NCBI RefSeq assembly: GCF_009914755.1 | Contig: NC_060925.1 | From: the human T2T-CHM13v2.0 reference genome, Homo sapiens | DNA length: 64,000 nucleotides | Direction: 5' to 3' (one strand) | In this document: positions 1 to 11,933 of the stretch, piece after piece | Numbering within the stretch: position 1 is the first letter of the stretch | How the letters are laid out: the number at the start of each line of letters is the position of its first letter | The notes under the pieces: model-generated | Databases searched by the model: none | What the model was told of the DNA's origin: nothing | Seen by the model: the letters and a program-made list of their open reading frames with translations, nothing else | Translations under genes and position numbers: made by a program

Positions 1-221
1 ACTAATCCATGAGTCTTGCAAAAGTTGAGAACTCAGTACTGCGAGAACAGCACCAAGCCATCATAAGGGGTCTGGCACCATAACAGACACCTCCCACTAG
101 GCCCCTCGTGAATATATGACAATAATTCTGGCTGCAGAGGAGTCCCAACACTGTCATTCTGGCAATCAGATTTCAACATGAGCTTTGGTGTGATCAAACA
201 AACCATATCCAAACCATAGCA
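1..221 (-). mobile_element. MaLR LTR, MST-type (cut by window edge)
   Basis: ends in ccaaaccatagca (reverse complement of MaLR start TGCTATGGTTTGG); contains acctcccactaggcccc and tttcaacatgag motifs; interrupted by a 40 bp non-LTR insert at 105-144. Confidence 0.8.
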
Positions 222-299
222 GTGATACCTAGGAGAGAGAAATCCATAGGGACCAAACACAGGTTGGTGACTGATAGAGGTTAGGAGATCAGAGAATAG

Positions 300-437
300 G
301 AAGAAACTGCTGAATGAGTACAGAGTTTTACTCCGGAGCAGTGGAAATGTTTTGGAAGTAGGTAGAAATGGTGGTTACACAACATTGTAAATGTACTAAA
401 TGCCACTGAATTGCTCAAATTAAAATGGTTAATTTTG
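300..437 (+). mobile_element. Old L1M (L1MB-like) 3' end fragment
   Basis: gagtacagagtttt...acaacattgtaaatgtactaaatgccactgaattg...aaaatggttaatttt. Confidence 0.7.
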
Positions 438-967
438 CCTGATTAGGTTTTTTTTTAATGGAATGAGAACTGTTGGGCTAGATGATCATTGAGGGCCATT
501 TCAGCTCTAAAATTGTGTATATATGATTCCATGAAATAAATATATTTTTAAAGTGTAATAAATTCCAAGGGAAACATAAAGAAGGTGCTCTGAGTGTTCA
601 AATGAAGAGTTGTGGACATAAAGGAAAGCTTCATGAAGAAGGAGGCATTTGCAGCAGGTTCTGAAGGACAGGAAAAGTTCTCCATGGAGATAGCAGGAGA
701 GCTTCCTGCAACGATATGGAGACAAGAACTTGTGGAGGAGATGTTGGCAGGAGAATTAGGTCCATGCAGGGGATGGGGATCCAAGGCTGAAAATGTGGGT
801 CAGCAATATACCAAGGAAGAACTTTAATAACAGGGTATAAATTTTCAAACTTTATTTGGATTCAAAGAAATGGTCTGTAAAGGTTTTGGAGTAAACAAGC
901 TATATAATTGGAATTCTACGTTTCTGTGGTGGTATCAGAGCATAAGATGAAAGCCGTAGAGAGGGCA

Positions 968-1219
968 CACAGCAGTGTGTTTAAGGGTAAGGATTCTGAA
1001 GCCACATCGCCTGAATGTGAATCCCAGCTCTGCCATACTCAAGTCCAGTGAACTTGGGCAGGTTACTTAACTTCTTCTTACCTCAGTTTCATCATCTGTA
1101 AAATAAAAACAATACTCACCTCATAGAATTGTTGTGAGGATTAAATAAATTAATACAAGTAAAGTGCTTAGAATAACACATAAAGCAGAATAAATGCTTA
1201 ATACATGTTAGCTGCTATT
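968..1219 (+). mobile_element. MIR SINE
   Basis: aatcccagctctgcca...ttgggcaggttacttaac...cctcagtttcatcatctgtaaaat core and 3' tail. Confidence 0.9.
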
Positions 1220-1457
1220 TACTGAAGAATAAAGAAATGTGTGTTTGGAAAATAATGGACATAGTGGCAAGAATCAGACCTGCTGGGTTACTATTCTATG
1301 TTGTGAGTGAAGAAATACTTTGTGTGAAGTCAGTGGTACATTGAACTTAGGAGAATGCATTTTTAAACAGAATGTTTAAGCAACAGTAAATGTTGGACAA
1401 ATAAGCTTTGGAAATTTATTGGGGCATGAGTAAGAGAACACTAACTGGAAATAGATA

Positions 1458-1528
1458 AGAGAAGAATATTATCAGGATGATGGTCTTTGAAAGAGAGAAG
1501 AATATTATTAGGATGATGACCTTTAAAG
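1458..1528. repeat. 36 bp tandem duplication
   Basis: agagaagaatattatcaggatgatggtctttgaaag followed by agagaagaatattattaggatgatgacctttaaag. Confidence 0.9.
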
Positions 1529-2059
1529 GTGTCCTCAGGTGACCTGGGGAACTTTCACATGCCCAAATTTCTCACGAGTATATGGCAATAACTCTGGCTG
1601 CAGAGAAGTCATTACTTCGAAATGGGTACCTCAGTACAAAAATTTAGAGGAAAACCACATGGGGTGAAGCAAGGTCTGGAAAGAAGCTGTTGCATTGGTT
1701 GGGAAACCTATTTATATCAGCAAGACTGACTTAGTGTTTGAACTGAAAGGAGCTGAGCTGATGTTGAGGTCAACTTCCGAATTCAGAGAGGAGGCAACAC
1801 CTGAGGTCACATCATGGGAGGCACCAGCTGCTGATATTGACTGCTTAAGGTTCTTCAGTAAATTCACCCCCCAAGCAAGAATTCAAGCTCTTTGCATCAG
1901 TCGACAAATCTATTGTACACCTTTTATGTGCCAAGTGATGTAGTTTCCAGGTATGCAGTGAGTAAAAAAGAAAAAAAAAGACAAACAATCCCTGACTTTG
2001 TGGACCTTACAGTCTAGGAGAGGAGAAAGAATTAGTGCTGTCATGTTTCAGAGGCACTT

Positions 2060-2690
2060 CAAGTCAAGGTGTACAAAACTGAATTCCAAAAGCTATATAA
2101 TTGAAATCATACATCCCTCTCAGCTTATTGTAGTTTTTCTGTTGTATTAAATTCTATAAACCTAAGATTCATCATTAACAACTTTTTCTCATTACCTCCA
2201 CATCTAATGCATCATAAAAGTCTTGTCCATTTTGCCTCTTAAATATATTTTAAATCCATTCACTTTTTTTTCGTCTCTGTAGTCCCAGCCTGGTTTTAGT
2301 CACTGTCTTCTGGGGCATAGCAACAGCCTACTTACTGATATTCCACATCTGCTCTGTTCTCTCTCCAATCCACTCATGACTTAGAGGAATGCACAAGATA
2401 AAGTGCAAAGTCCTCCATTTTGCATACAGGTCCTTTCATCATCTGCTAACTGCCTACGTCTCCAACCTCATCATTTTCCTGCCACACTGGCCTCTTCATT
2501 TCCTCAAACTTGACATGTGCTCTGCTGCCACAGGTATTATCTATGCTGTCCTAATCTGACCCACTCATCTCTTAGTCAACTCCAGTTCATTCTCAGGATC
2601 TCGGCTCAAGTATCACTTCCTTGGAGAAATCCTCCCTCACTCATTGGCCAGATCAGACCTCCCTGTTAAGGATTTTTGTTAGCATTGTGC
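2060..2690 (+). mobile_element. L2 LINE fragment
   Basis: pyrimidine-rich L2 3' motifs (cctccacatctaat, ctctccaatccac, tcaagtatcacttccttggagaaatcctccct). Confidence 0.65.
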
Positions 2691-2714
2691 TAACCAATAA
2701 GCAATCATTTTCTT

Positions 2715-3773
2715 AAACTTATTCACGCATAAGTACTCAACAATAAAAAATATGGCATAACATTAATACAGTGAAAAAATAATATTTTCAGGGTAACTAA
2801 ATAGCACAGTAGCATCATCAGAATACCTGTGTCTGATGTTAAACAGCGGCAGCAACAAACAAGAGCAGGCTTTCAGTCTCCACCTACAATGCTGTGTTTT
2901 AATGAAAAGGTTAACTGTATACTGTTTTATTTTTTGAGGTAAGAAGAAACATCAAAAGCAGTTGAGGGACCAGAAAATGGGTTCTCTAGGGGTGAAGAGG
3001 CATCCTGCAGGATGGCTTTTTGAAATGTTTCCTCATGTGCCTCATTAACAACAATTTTTGTCTCAGAAGTCTCTCTTTGGTTTTAGAAACTGACATGATT
3101 TCTTGTTTTGTTATGAATGTGTGCTCTGGTCCTTCAATGAACCCATCACACATTTCATCATGCCATTTACAAACACTTTTTCTGCAGTGTTAACAATGTC
3201 ATCTTTATTGCCACTATTATCATGATCACCTTGATTCAGAACTGATTGGCTATTTCACCATGGGTCAATGAACAACTGGAACATCATTATCAACTTACTG
3301 ATGTTAAAAACTTCTTAATATTCTCTTCCAGCTTATTGATGGCCTTGAAAAGTCTGCTTTTTGCATATGTAATGGTGTCTGACATCATTGTTTTTCTCAC
3401 TTGAGATATGGAATCCTTCAAAGTCGCCATTTTGTTCATCATTATCACTAAACATAACTGCAGGCCAGAAGTTGTAGGAGGCATGCACAATTTGTCTATA
3501 ATCACTGTGTTCCATGTGTTGGCAATAGCATATATGGTATCCTTAATGCTAAACTTTTGAAAACCTTCCACACCCATGCCTCTGTTTATTGCTGCGAGCA
3601 TGCTATTTAAGAAAGCCGAATAAACTGTGTATTGCAGGCCTGTGTTCTGACTGTGACCCATCACATGAGGTCAGGTGTGGAATTGTCCATGTGCGGCATC
3701 ATGGCAGCACTCAAAGTTTCAGATTTTGAAGCATTTCCAATTTCTGATTGTTTCATTAGGGATGCTCAACCTG
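2715..3773 (-). mobile_element. Tigger4/Zombi (MER46-type) DNA transposon, internally deleted, with transposase remnant
   Basis: terminus gggatgctcaacctg followed by TA; cacatgaggtcaggtgtggaa motif; minus ORF 3290-3664 (FLNSMLAAINRG...SIKDTIYAIANTWNTV) resembles a pogo/Tigger DDE transposase; strand is that of the transposase. Confidence 0.8.
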
Positions 3774-3811
3774 TACAAGTTTTAAACGAGCATTTTAAAA
3801 TAGCAGCGAGC

Positions 3812-4170
3812 GACTTAGTCCATTTTCTATCGCTATAACGGAATAGCTGAAACTGGATCACATTTAAAGATAGGAAATTTCTTATAGTTCCGGAAGCTGG
3901 GAAGTCCAGGCTCCAGAGATTGTATCTGGTGGGGGCCTTCTTATTGTGTCAAGACATGGTGGAAAGCATCACATGGTGATGTACAGAAACTTTTCCAGTG
4001 TGTTTTTCTCTTCTTATAAAGTCTTCAGTCCCATCATGGGGGCCCCATCCTGATGACCTTGTCAAATTCTAATTATCTCCCAATGGCTTACCTTCAAATT
4101 TCATCAACATATCAATCTGGGGGATTACGTTTCCAACACATAAGATTTGGGGGACACATTCAAACCAGAG
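3812..4170 (-). mobile_element. MaLR LTR (MST/MLT1A-like)
   Basis: cttagtcc...gctgggaagtccagg...ggggacacattcaaacca. Confidence 0.8.
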
Positions 4171-4214
4171 TGTAAGAATTTTCATATTTTCCTTCACTTA
4201 ATAATTGCAATTAT

Positions 4215-4335
4215 GTTTTTCCCACATTTTCAGGTAGAAATAAAGTCCTGCCCCAAATTGCAGGATTCAAAATGGCTGAGCCAGCGTTCAAACCCAGACG
4301 AGTCTGATTGCAAGGCCCAGACTTCTCATCATAAA
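4215..4335 (-). mobile_element. MIR fragment
   Basis: cccacattttcagg...gagccagcgttcaaacccagacgagtctgattgcaaggccca. Confidence 0.65.
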
Positions 4336-5157
4336 ACCCTCTAGGTCCTTTCCTCCACCATATGGAAAACTCACGTGCATCTGGACAGCCTCTCCCAAAA
4401 ATAGCTTGGAGCCCAGGCCCTAACACTGACGTGACATTAGCATTTTTCTTTTCATTCATCCCCAGATCTCCTTTCAGCTTGGCTTATTCTGACACCATAT
4501 TTCCTATAGCATAGGAAATGCTGTGGAATATGGAAGCTTTCAGATGTGGACTTGATTGAAATAGGTGAAGTTTGTTTTCTTTTATGTTCTATTTCTCATG
4601 CCTTCATAAGCTAGTGGATCCAGATGGTTGGAATCGCCAATTAAAAACAAAGAGAACATTAGGAAGCTGTGAGAGAGAGAGAGAGAGATACCAAGTGGCA
4701 ATTAGGGATGAGACAGCTAAAATAGCTTCATGATGGTAAAGATTCTTTCATTCAAGAAGAATGTGTGTGCAAATTATTTTTTTCCTTCTGGATTAATTTA
4801 GCATTAATAAATTGCACCAGAAATCTTTATTTCTCTAAGAAAATGTATTCTGGTTGTTTCCACAGTAATCAATGCGTGTCATTTAAATTATAAACTGGCT
4901 TATGTAAAAAGGTTGAAAAAGCCAAGGCAGAGACTTCCCCTGGCCTTCTGAGCTTCTAAACCTATTGCCAGGCATCATGGGTGGCTAGTCCCAAGGCTGC
5001 TGCTTAGAAGACAGACATTTTCAATGTCTGCCAGCCTCACCCTAAAGCAATGGAGAAAGGAAGACTTCGCACCTTCGAAACATTTTGATTGCTCAGTTTC
5101 TTATATGGTAAGCGTACATCAGTTATAAACCTCTCAACTGCTGGTTAAAAACAGAAG

Positions 5158-5320
5158 TGAGAGAAGCAGAGAGGACGAAGAGGGGATGGAGAGAAAGAGA
5201 GAGATTGAGGGAGGGAAAGAGAGAGGAGACAAACAAAAAGAGAAGGAGGAATAAGGAGACAGGAGAAAGAAGATGAAAAGGGGTAGAGTGGGGAGGAAGG
5301 AGAGGGAGAAAGAGGAGAAA
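5158..5320. repeat. GA-rich polypurine low-complexity tract
   Basis: about 160 bp almost entirely A/G. Confidence 0.9.
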
Positions 5321-6394
5321 AGGCCTTAACCTGAAAAAACTAGGAAAAAGAAGTATATGCCACTTCAGAAAGAAATGCAGTTCTATTACTCTCAGATACC
5401 TGAACTATTGCGAATTAGGTTAAATAATTACTTTCATGAACTAGAGTTACTAATAGCAAATTTAGGGACAGCTCTAAAATGATTTGTAATTAGCTTTTTA
5501 TTTGCTTATATCTAATAGAGAACTTTGAACATGTCTGAAAGCAGGTTTAGTCAAGTTTGTAAAATCCATTTGTTTGGGAATTTTTTTGGTTTTTCTTCCA
5601 TAGATGAACTTAGATAAACTTCAGCTAAACCACTTTCCAATTATCACAAATTCCAACTAATAAAATCCAAATGATTGAGGTCTGGCTGTGTTCTTCATTC
5701 TCAAAACAAACTCAGTTCCCCCCTGTGGTTTTGTATTAAATGAAGCTGAAACACAATGTCGAAGAGTGATAGAAAATGAATGTAATCTGTCTTTCCTTTA
5801 ATCTTGTTCTACATCCAATCATGTGCACCTGCCCTCCATGTCGCTTCGCTGGGATCTGGCTGCCAGGTGTCACTTCAGATACTGAGAACTAAATTGCCCA
5901 CTGTCTCTCCATCAGAGGGTTGGCTCCTTGACAGCAAGGATGCTGTCTATCTTTGTCATGCCAGGCCTGGGACGTCTCAGGGCATGATTTCTATTCATTG
6001 ATAAACGTAGTTGACCTATCTCTCTCCTAGATTGGCTTTTCCCATGGCTGCATATAATAGGCAGCGCCCCCTATTTACATCTAGATTCCTCTAGGTTGCC
6101 ATCCTTGAACTGATTCTGGCATTAATGGTAACTTAGGACTATAGCTATAGTAAAGGTCTCATCATCTGAGCTGGCTTGTGTCCTGGACACCACTACTGAC
6201 CATACCTGTCCTGGTCTCGGCTCCACTTCATGATACTGCTTTCACAGCTGTATATCCATCTAAGGTGTTCCTGCTAAGTTCTTGATGATTACTCATGAGA
6301 CCTGCTTCAGCTGAGCTGTCAGAGAAGGGGCCAATACTAGATGTAACTTGATGTCATGTAAATAGACAAAACTACACATCTAATCTAAACTTCT

Positions 6395-6568
6395 GGCTCT
6401 AAAACCTTGTGCACTAAGAATCACCTGGAGATTAAATTACTTGGCTTCACCTTCAGATAATCTGATTCACTAAGCCTTAGTGGGTAATGGGGTGGAGTGC
6501 CTGAGAATTTGCATTTAATGAGCTAAATGATGCTGATCAAGTGGTCCTAGACCACCTTTCAGAACCCA
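6395..6568. mobile_element. MER5-like hAT-Charlie MITE
   Basis: agaatcacctggag...gcctgagaatttgcattt...gatgctgat...ggtcctagaccacctttcagaaccca. Confidence 0.7.
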
Positions 6569-7780
6569 GACTTAACTTTTAGAGTCTTAGCCTCATTCTT
6601 TTCACTACCAGTGTCTGTACATTTTTAATTTTTTGCAGACTGTCTACTTAATCTAGTTCCAGCATAAATTCCTGGGTTTCATTTTATTTAGCATGTCATA
6701 TGACTTAAAATTAGGCCTGGCTAAAATGACTGAGGCTGGGGGTAAGAGAAAGCAATTATAACCAGAAAGATAAATCAGAAAACAAGACTATTCATATCAG
6801 GGTACCTTGTTTTATATTTGTAATGGTTGAAAAAAAACTTAAAGCCAAGAAACAGAAGAGCATCTAAAGACCCAATTGCTTTTTAAACTGCATTGATTCA
6901 TGTGTTTTGAATTCAGAATGCTGGAGCTAAAATGGTAGTGTCAGCAAAGCCACTTAACTATTGAGCCGTTGTCTGGAATCTTCTGGTTGAGAGAGTCCCA
7001 GACCTGTTCTCAAAATCCTGCAAGTTCTCAGTGATCTCCAGGGCTATCATGAAGTTCTCAAAACTAATTTAATTTCAGTTTAATTTTATTTAAATAGAGC
7101 AATTTCTGTTTAATAAAACATTTATAGTTCAATAAAAAAGATATTACAAAATAATGTTGTATATTCTTTCTTTTAAAAATAGTTGATATATGTTTAATTT
7201 GTTCTCTTTAGAAAAAGGTCTAAAAGCATATTCACTAAAATGTCAGTAATGATTTTCTCAAGAGTACAAATGTGGATGAATCCAAATTTTCCTTTTGCTA
7301 TTCAGTGTTTTTTTTCTGAATTTTTCTAAATTAACATTTATTAATGTGTAACAAATACAAATTAGAGAAAAAGAAGTCTCTTCCTGAACAGCATTTCTGA
7401 GTTAAACTTAATTTAAAATAGTTGGAAATTAATGTGCCAATTATCAGCTCATAATCAATCTCAACATTTAATAAAATGTCTTTTAGTTTCTTTTATCCAG
7501 ATGATTCTTCCTCACAGGCAATATACAAAAACATACCTGGAATGACAAACCTTCTGTATTCTCTTTTGCTCTAGGTTAGCTTCCTTAGACATTTTTCCAT
7601 AGTAGCATTTTCTCCTCTGTGCATAACCCACTCCACACAAAAGCATCATTTAAAATAGTTTCCCTTCTAATTTTAATAATGCATACAAATTTATAGACAA
7701 TTTGGAAAGGATAAATAAAAATCACTCATAATTACACTAGCCAAAGCCATGCTAAAATACTAGCAGATGTATTTTCTCAT

Positions 7781-7807
7781 ATGTGTGTGTCTGTGTGTGT
7801 GTGTGTG
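7781..7807. repeat. (TG)n microsatellite
   Basis: tgtgtgtgtctgtgtgtgtgtgtgtg. Confidence 0.9.
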
Positions 7808-7839
7808 GTTGAGTGTAATTTACTAGGCACACTAGAAGA

Positions 7840-9160
7840 AAATATATTATTAGGCCAGGACAAAACTATCTCAGTATAAATACAATAAAATAAGGCAGAA
7901 AGGAAATGGTTGAATTTTACATATAATGATTTTATTTGTTATTTATCCAAATATCTCAAACCACATTAAAGAGCAAGTGACAAATTAGGAGAAATGTTTG
8001 TAACATACAAAATAGGGTTAAAACTTTAAATAAAGACTCTAAAAATCACTGAGAAAAACATTAGGCCATCAAATAGAGATTAGGATAATGATTAGCCTGC
8101 TATCTAGAAGATGACAAAATAAATGGTTTCACTAAGATAGAATTTCATTTATTTCTCATGTAAGAACAAAGAGGATAGCAGCTCCCTCCAGGTAGCTCTG
8201 CTCCATGTAGTCCTTGAGGTTTCCTTCATCTAGTTGCTCTGTTTTCTCTGGGGCATTGTTTGTTTCTGCATATTTAAGCTGGTTGCTGCTTCACCTAGTT
8301 CCCATGCAGTGGCAATGAGGAGAGACAACCCGAGCAAGGGATTTCCTTTTAAACAAGGAAAGAGAGTATTGAAGACATATCTTCAACTCCATTTCCATTT
8401 GTGAAAATCTGGCCATATAGCCTTACTTGCTGCAAGAGAGTCTGGAAAATGTATTCTCTAATTGGGATCTTACATGCCCAAGACAAAGGGAGAATAGATT
8501 TTTGAGGGTAGAATGAAGGCTCTTCTAGAAAAAAAGGTTCAGAAAAGGATATGAACATATAAATATAAAAAATTAAATAAATGTAAACTAAAACAGTACA
8601 ATGGTCATTTTTGGTCTACCAAATTGGTAAAGATTTCCACAAATGACAATCATTGCTGATAAGAATATAATAAAATGACCATTTTCAAGCATTGCTGATA
8701 AGAAGTGTAAATAGTTATTACCTTTCTAGAAAGCAATTTGGCCATGCATAGCAAAAGGTTCTTAAGTGTTTTCACTCTGATTCAATAATCTCATCTCAAG
8801 AAATCTAGTCTTACAAAATAATTAGAGATTAAGATAGAGAAAAGTAAAGGAGAAAGAAATGTCCCACAAAAAGAGAATTATAAAATAATTTATGAAACAA
8901 CCACACAGTGGAATATTATGCAGTCAATAGAATAATATTTTGAAGCTATGGGAAAATGTTCATGATGCAATGTCAGGAGAGGGAAAAGAATGATTCAAAC
9001 TTCTGAATTAAGAATCTTGTCAGCTTTGTTTAAAACAAATATATGACTAGAATTTAAAACACCATAATATAAGACTGGTTACATTTGAGACACTTTTGCT
9101 TTCCTTATTTATTTTCTATAAATAATATATTTTCTGGAATTAGAATGTATTTTATAATTT
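7840..9160 (+). mobile_element. Ancient L1ME 3' fragments, interrupted by an MLT1-like LTR (~8090-8500)
   Basis: A-rich L1 motifs (ctttctagaaagcaatttggc, cacagtggaatattatgcagtca); MLT1J/K-like tgcaagagagtctggaaaatgta. Confidence 0.55.
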
Positions 9161-9804
9161 TATAAAACAGAAGATTCTATTTAGAAATTACCACACAAAG
9201 CAGAAGATAAGGTCCTAGGACTGTCAGTCCTGGGTGAAGAGACGGAACTGCCTCCAGGATTCAGAACAGACTTGGGATATACACACAAGAACATTGTTTT
9301 CAGAGAGGAAGTCACTGAGTCTGAAGGTATGAGACCTAAATAACCTCCAAGTTGTATGCTTTATAATTTTATCTCTGGTACACTACAACTATTGTGATAT
9401 TATTTTCTCTCTTTTATTTATTAGGAAACTTTTGGTTGCAAGTACCAGAAACCCAACTAAACACAAACTACGGAAACCATCATGAAGGTACAGAGCTATT
9501 TCATGGCATTCAAGAATTGAAACATTTCAGAGACTCAGCGAGGTGATTGAACCAAGGTCTAGAAAGTTGTGGAGACTTTGCCTCTGCTTTTTCCAGATAT
9601 CTGCTTTATTCTTCATTCTCTGTATAAACTGGCCTCCTCCCTTTCTCTCGTTCACATCATAGACATAAGATGTTTGCTGATGTGTCTCAACTGCAAAGAA
9701 TAGTTGATCTCAAAGAATACCATTAGGAGTACATCCAGGAACTGGATGTAATACTGTGTGTGAATACATGCAGGAACTGGATGTCATTCATAACTAGGCC
9801 TTGA

Positions 9805-10658
9805 TGTTCTGTTAAATACAAACGAGTCCACAGAGCACCAATATCAGACAAGGCCACTCTGTAACTGTCCTATAGCACCTAAGGATTCTGAAGTGATACA
9901 CAAAAAACCAAGACACTTTGTAGCCTTGTTTAAGCACAGACAAAAACAAGAACACTGCAAACCACATAAATAACCAAACATCCCTCCATTTTGGCTCATA
10001 TAAGTGTTAAGAACTATATATGTTTGTGCTCTCCCAAAATTCATATGTTGAAGCCCTGACCTCCAATATCATGGTATTAGGAGGTGGGGCCTGTGGGAGG
10101 TAATCAGGTTTAGATGAGGTCATGAGAGTGGGGCCTCCACAGTGGGACTATTGTCCTTCAAAAGAGACATGAGCTTCCTCTCTCTCCACCATGTGAGGAC
10201 ATAGTAAAAAGGCAGCTGTCTACCAGCCAGGAAGAGAGCCCTCACCATAACCTGACCATGCTGGCACCCTGATTAGGACTTCCAGCCTCCAGAATCATGG
10301 GAAATAAATTTCCATTGTCTAAGCCTTGGCATTTTGTCATAGCAGCCCAAGCTAAGGTAATAAATGACTGCTTCTTTTCAAATTGCAGCTTTAACTTCCT
10401 TCTAGTCTTTTCTCCTTCTAGATAAAATTCAGTAAGATTCCCAGAGAATTACCTTTCCTGACAGCATCCATTCCAGAGCAAAGCCCCACTTTCTTAGATT
10501 CTTCCCAAATTACCTGAGTCCAAACACTGTAATAAGTTCTTTTGTGTCAATTCACTAAAGTACCTCATGATTCTCCACAGCGTGCAGCCGCCTTCATTGC
10601 AATGAGTAATAATAATTTATTCAACAACAGATATATTCCTGGCTGGAAAGCACTGACA
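9805..10658 (+). mobile_element. MER77-like ERVL LTR split by a MaLR LTR
   Basis: cagacaaggccactct...cacagacaaaaaca...; resumes at 10360 with tgactgcttc...cctgacagcatccattccagagcaaagcccc...cactgaca. Confidence 0.65.
10005..10359 (+). mobile_element. MaLR LTR (MSTD/MLT1A-like) nested in the MER77-like LTR
   Basis: cccaaaattcatatgttgaagccct...ccatgtgaggac...gacttccagcctccagaa; approximate 5 bp TSD ataag/ataaa. Confidence 0.85.
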
Positions 10659-10714
10659 TAAAATATATAGAGAGAGAGGTTTAGGAAATATCTGTCTGCT
10701 GAGAGGCTGTAAAG

Positions 10715-11800
10715 GCAATGGCCCTTCAATAGCCATGAGCCCCCCTAACACCTAGATTTTAGATTCAAAATATCATTCTCCAATAAAAAAACAACAGGAT
10801 TCCTAGAGAAATGGCTAATTCGAAGACTCAGAGAGTGAAAATATCAGAGGAGCCTGGAACATCCTATAATGCCAGGAGGGAAAGCAGGGCTTTAAAAAGG
10901 AACTAATGGGCACTTGTCCAAAGGACACAGGAGCCATCTTGAAGGGGCTCCTGACAGCCAAATTTGAGATAATTTGAACAGCAAAACAATAAAGATAGTA
11001 ATGGATTATAATCCATAGAATAAGATAAGGCTCTATCAGTCCATACTGACATAAACAAACAAATAAATATATGAGAAAGAACAGCTTCTTCTTACATTAG
11101 TATTCCAACTAATAAATATAGGAGAAATGATGGAAATAGAAAATTATTATTTGGCAAAGAATAAATATTTTAGGCAAGATTCACCAGTTGGTTAAAAATA
11201 TTAGTGGGCAAAAATATAAATGAGATCTTCCAACGAGATGCTTATTCATCACAAAGGGAAAAATGATAACTTTAGAGTGGAGAAAACAGGCAAACACAAC
11301 CTTAATCATGTCATAAAAATTAACATCCACTAGTATTGGGACAAATCTTAATCATGTGGTTCCTGATGCTTCACTGAAACAAACACATCATTCCATCATA
11401 ATCTTAATCATGAAGAAATATCTGACATGCCTAAATTGAGGAACATTCTACAGAAATAAATAACTGGCCGGTCCTCTTCAAAGGTGCCAAAATTGTAAAA
11501 GACAATGAAAGAATAGGGGATTGTTCCAGATTAAAGGTGACATGAAAACTAATGGTAATGTATGATCCTAGACCAGAAAAAAAACATTAATTGGTAAAAT
11601 ATGAATAAGAACTATAGATTAGATGATAATATTATATTAATGTCAGTTTCCTAATTTGATAATTGTACTGTGGTTATGTATAATGTTAACATTTAAGAAA
11701 TTAGATTTTGGGTGTTTGAGAATTCTATCAGGTTAGTGCAAAAGTACTATTCTGAACATTTTTATAAGTCTGAAAGGATTTCAAATTAATTTTTAAATTA
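10715..11800 (+). mobile_element. L1MC-type 3' UTR
   Basis: caggattcctagagaaatggctaattc, aaaggacacaggagcc, ttgataattgtactgtggttatgta. Confidence 0.75.
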
Positions 11801-11807
11801 AAAAATA

Positions 11808-11933
11808 CCTGGGCACGATGGCACATGCCTCTAGTCCCAGCTACTTGGGAGGCTGAGGCGGGAGGATGGCTTGAGTCCAGGAGCTGGAGTCCAGCTGGGC
11901 AACATAGCAAGACCCTGTCTCTTAAAAAAAAAA
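11808..11933 (+). mobile_element. Alu monomer (FLAM)
   Basis: single Alu arm ctgggcacgatggcacatgcc...gaccctgtctct followed by an A tail. Confidence 0.9.

Noticed and set aside
612-827. 71 aa acidic ORF
   Set aside because: Lies in purine-rich, probably L2-derived sequence; no recognisable homology or exon structure
3290-3664. Domesticated TIGD/JRK-like transposase gene
   Set aside because: Short frameshifted remnant inside an internally deleted Tigger4
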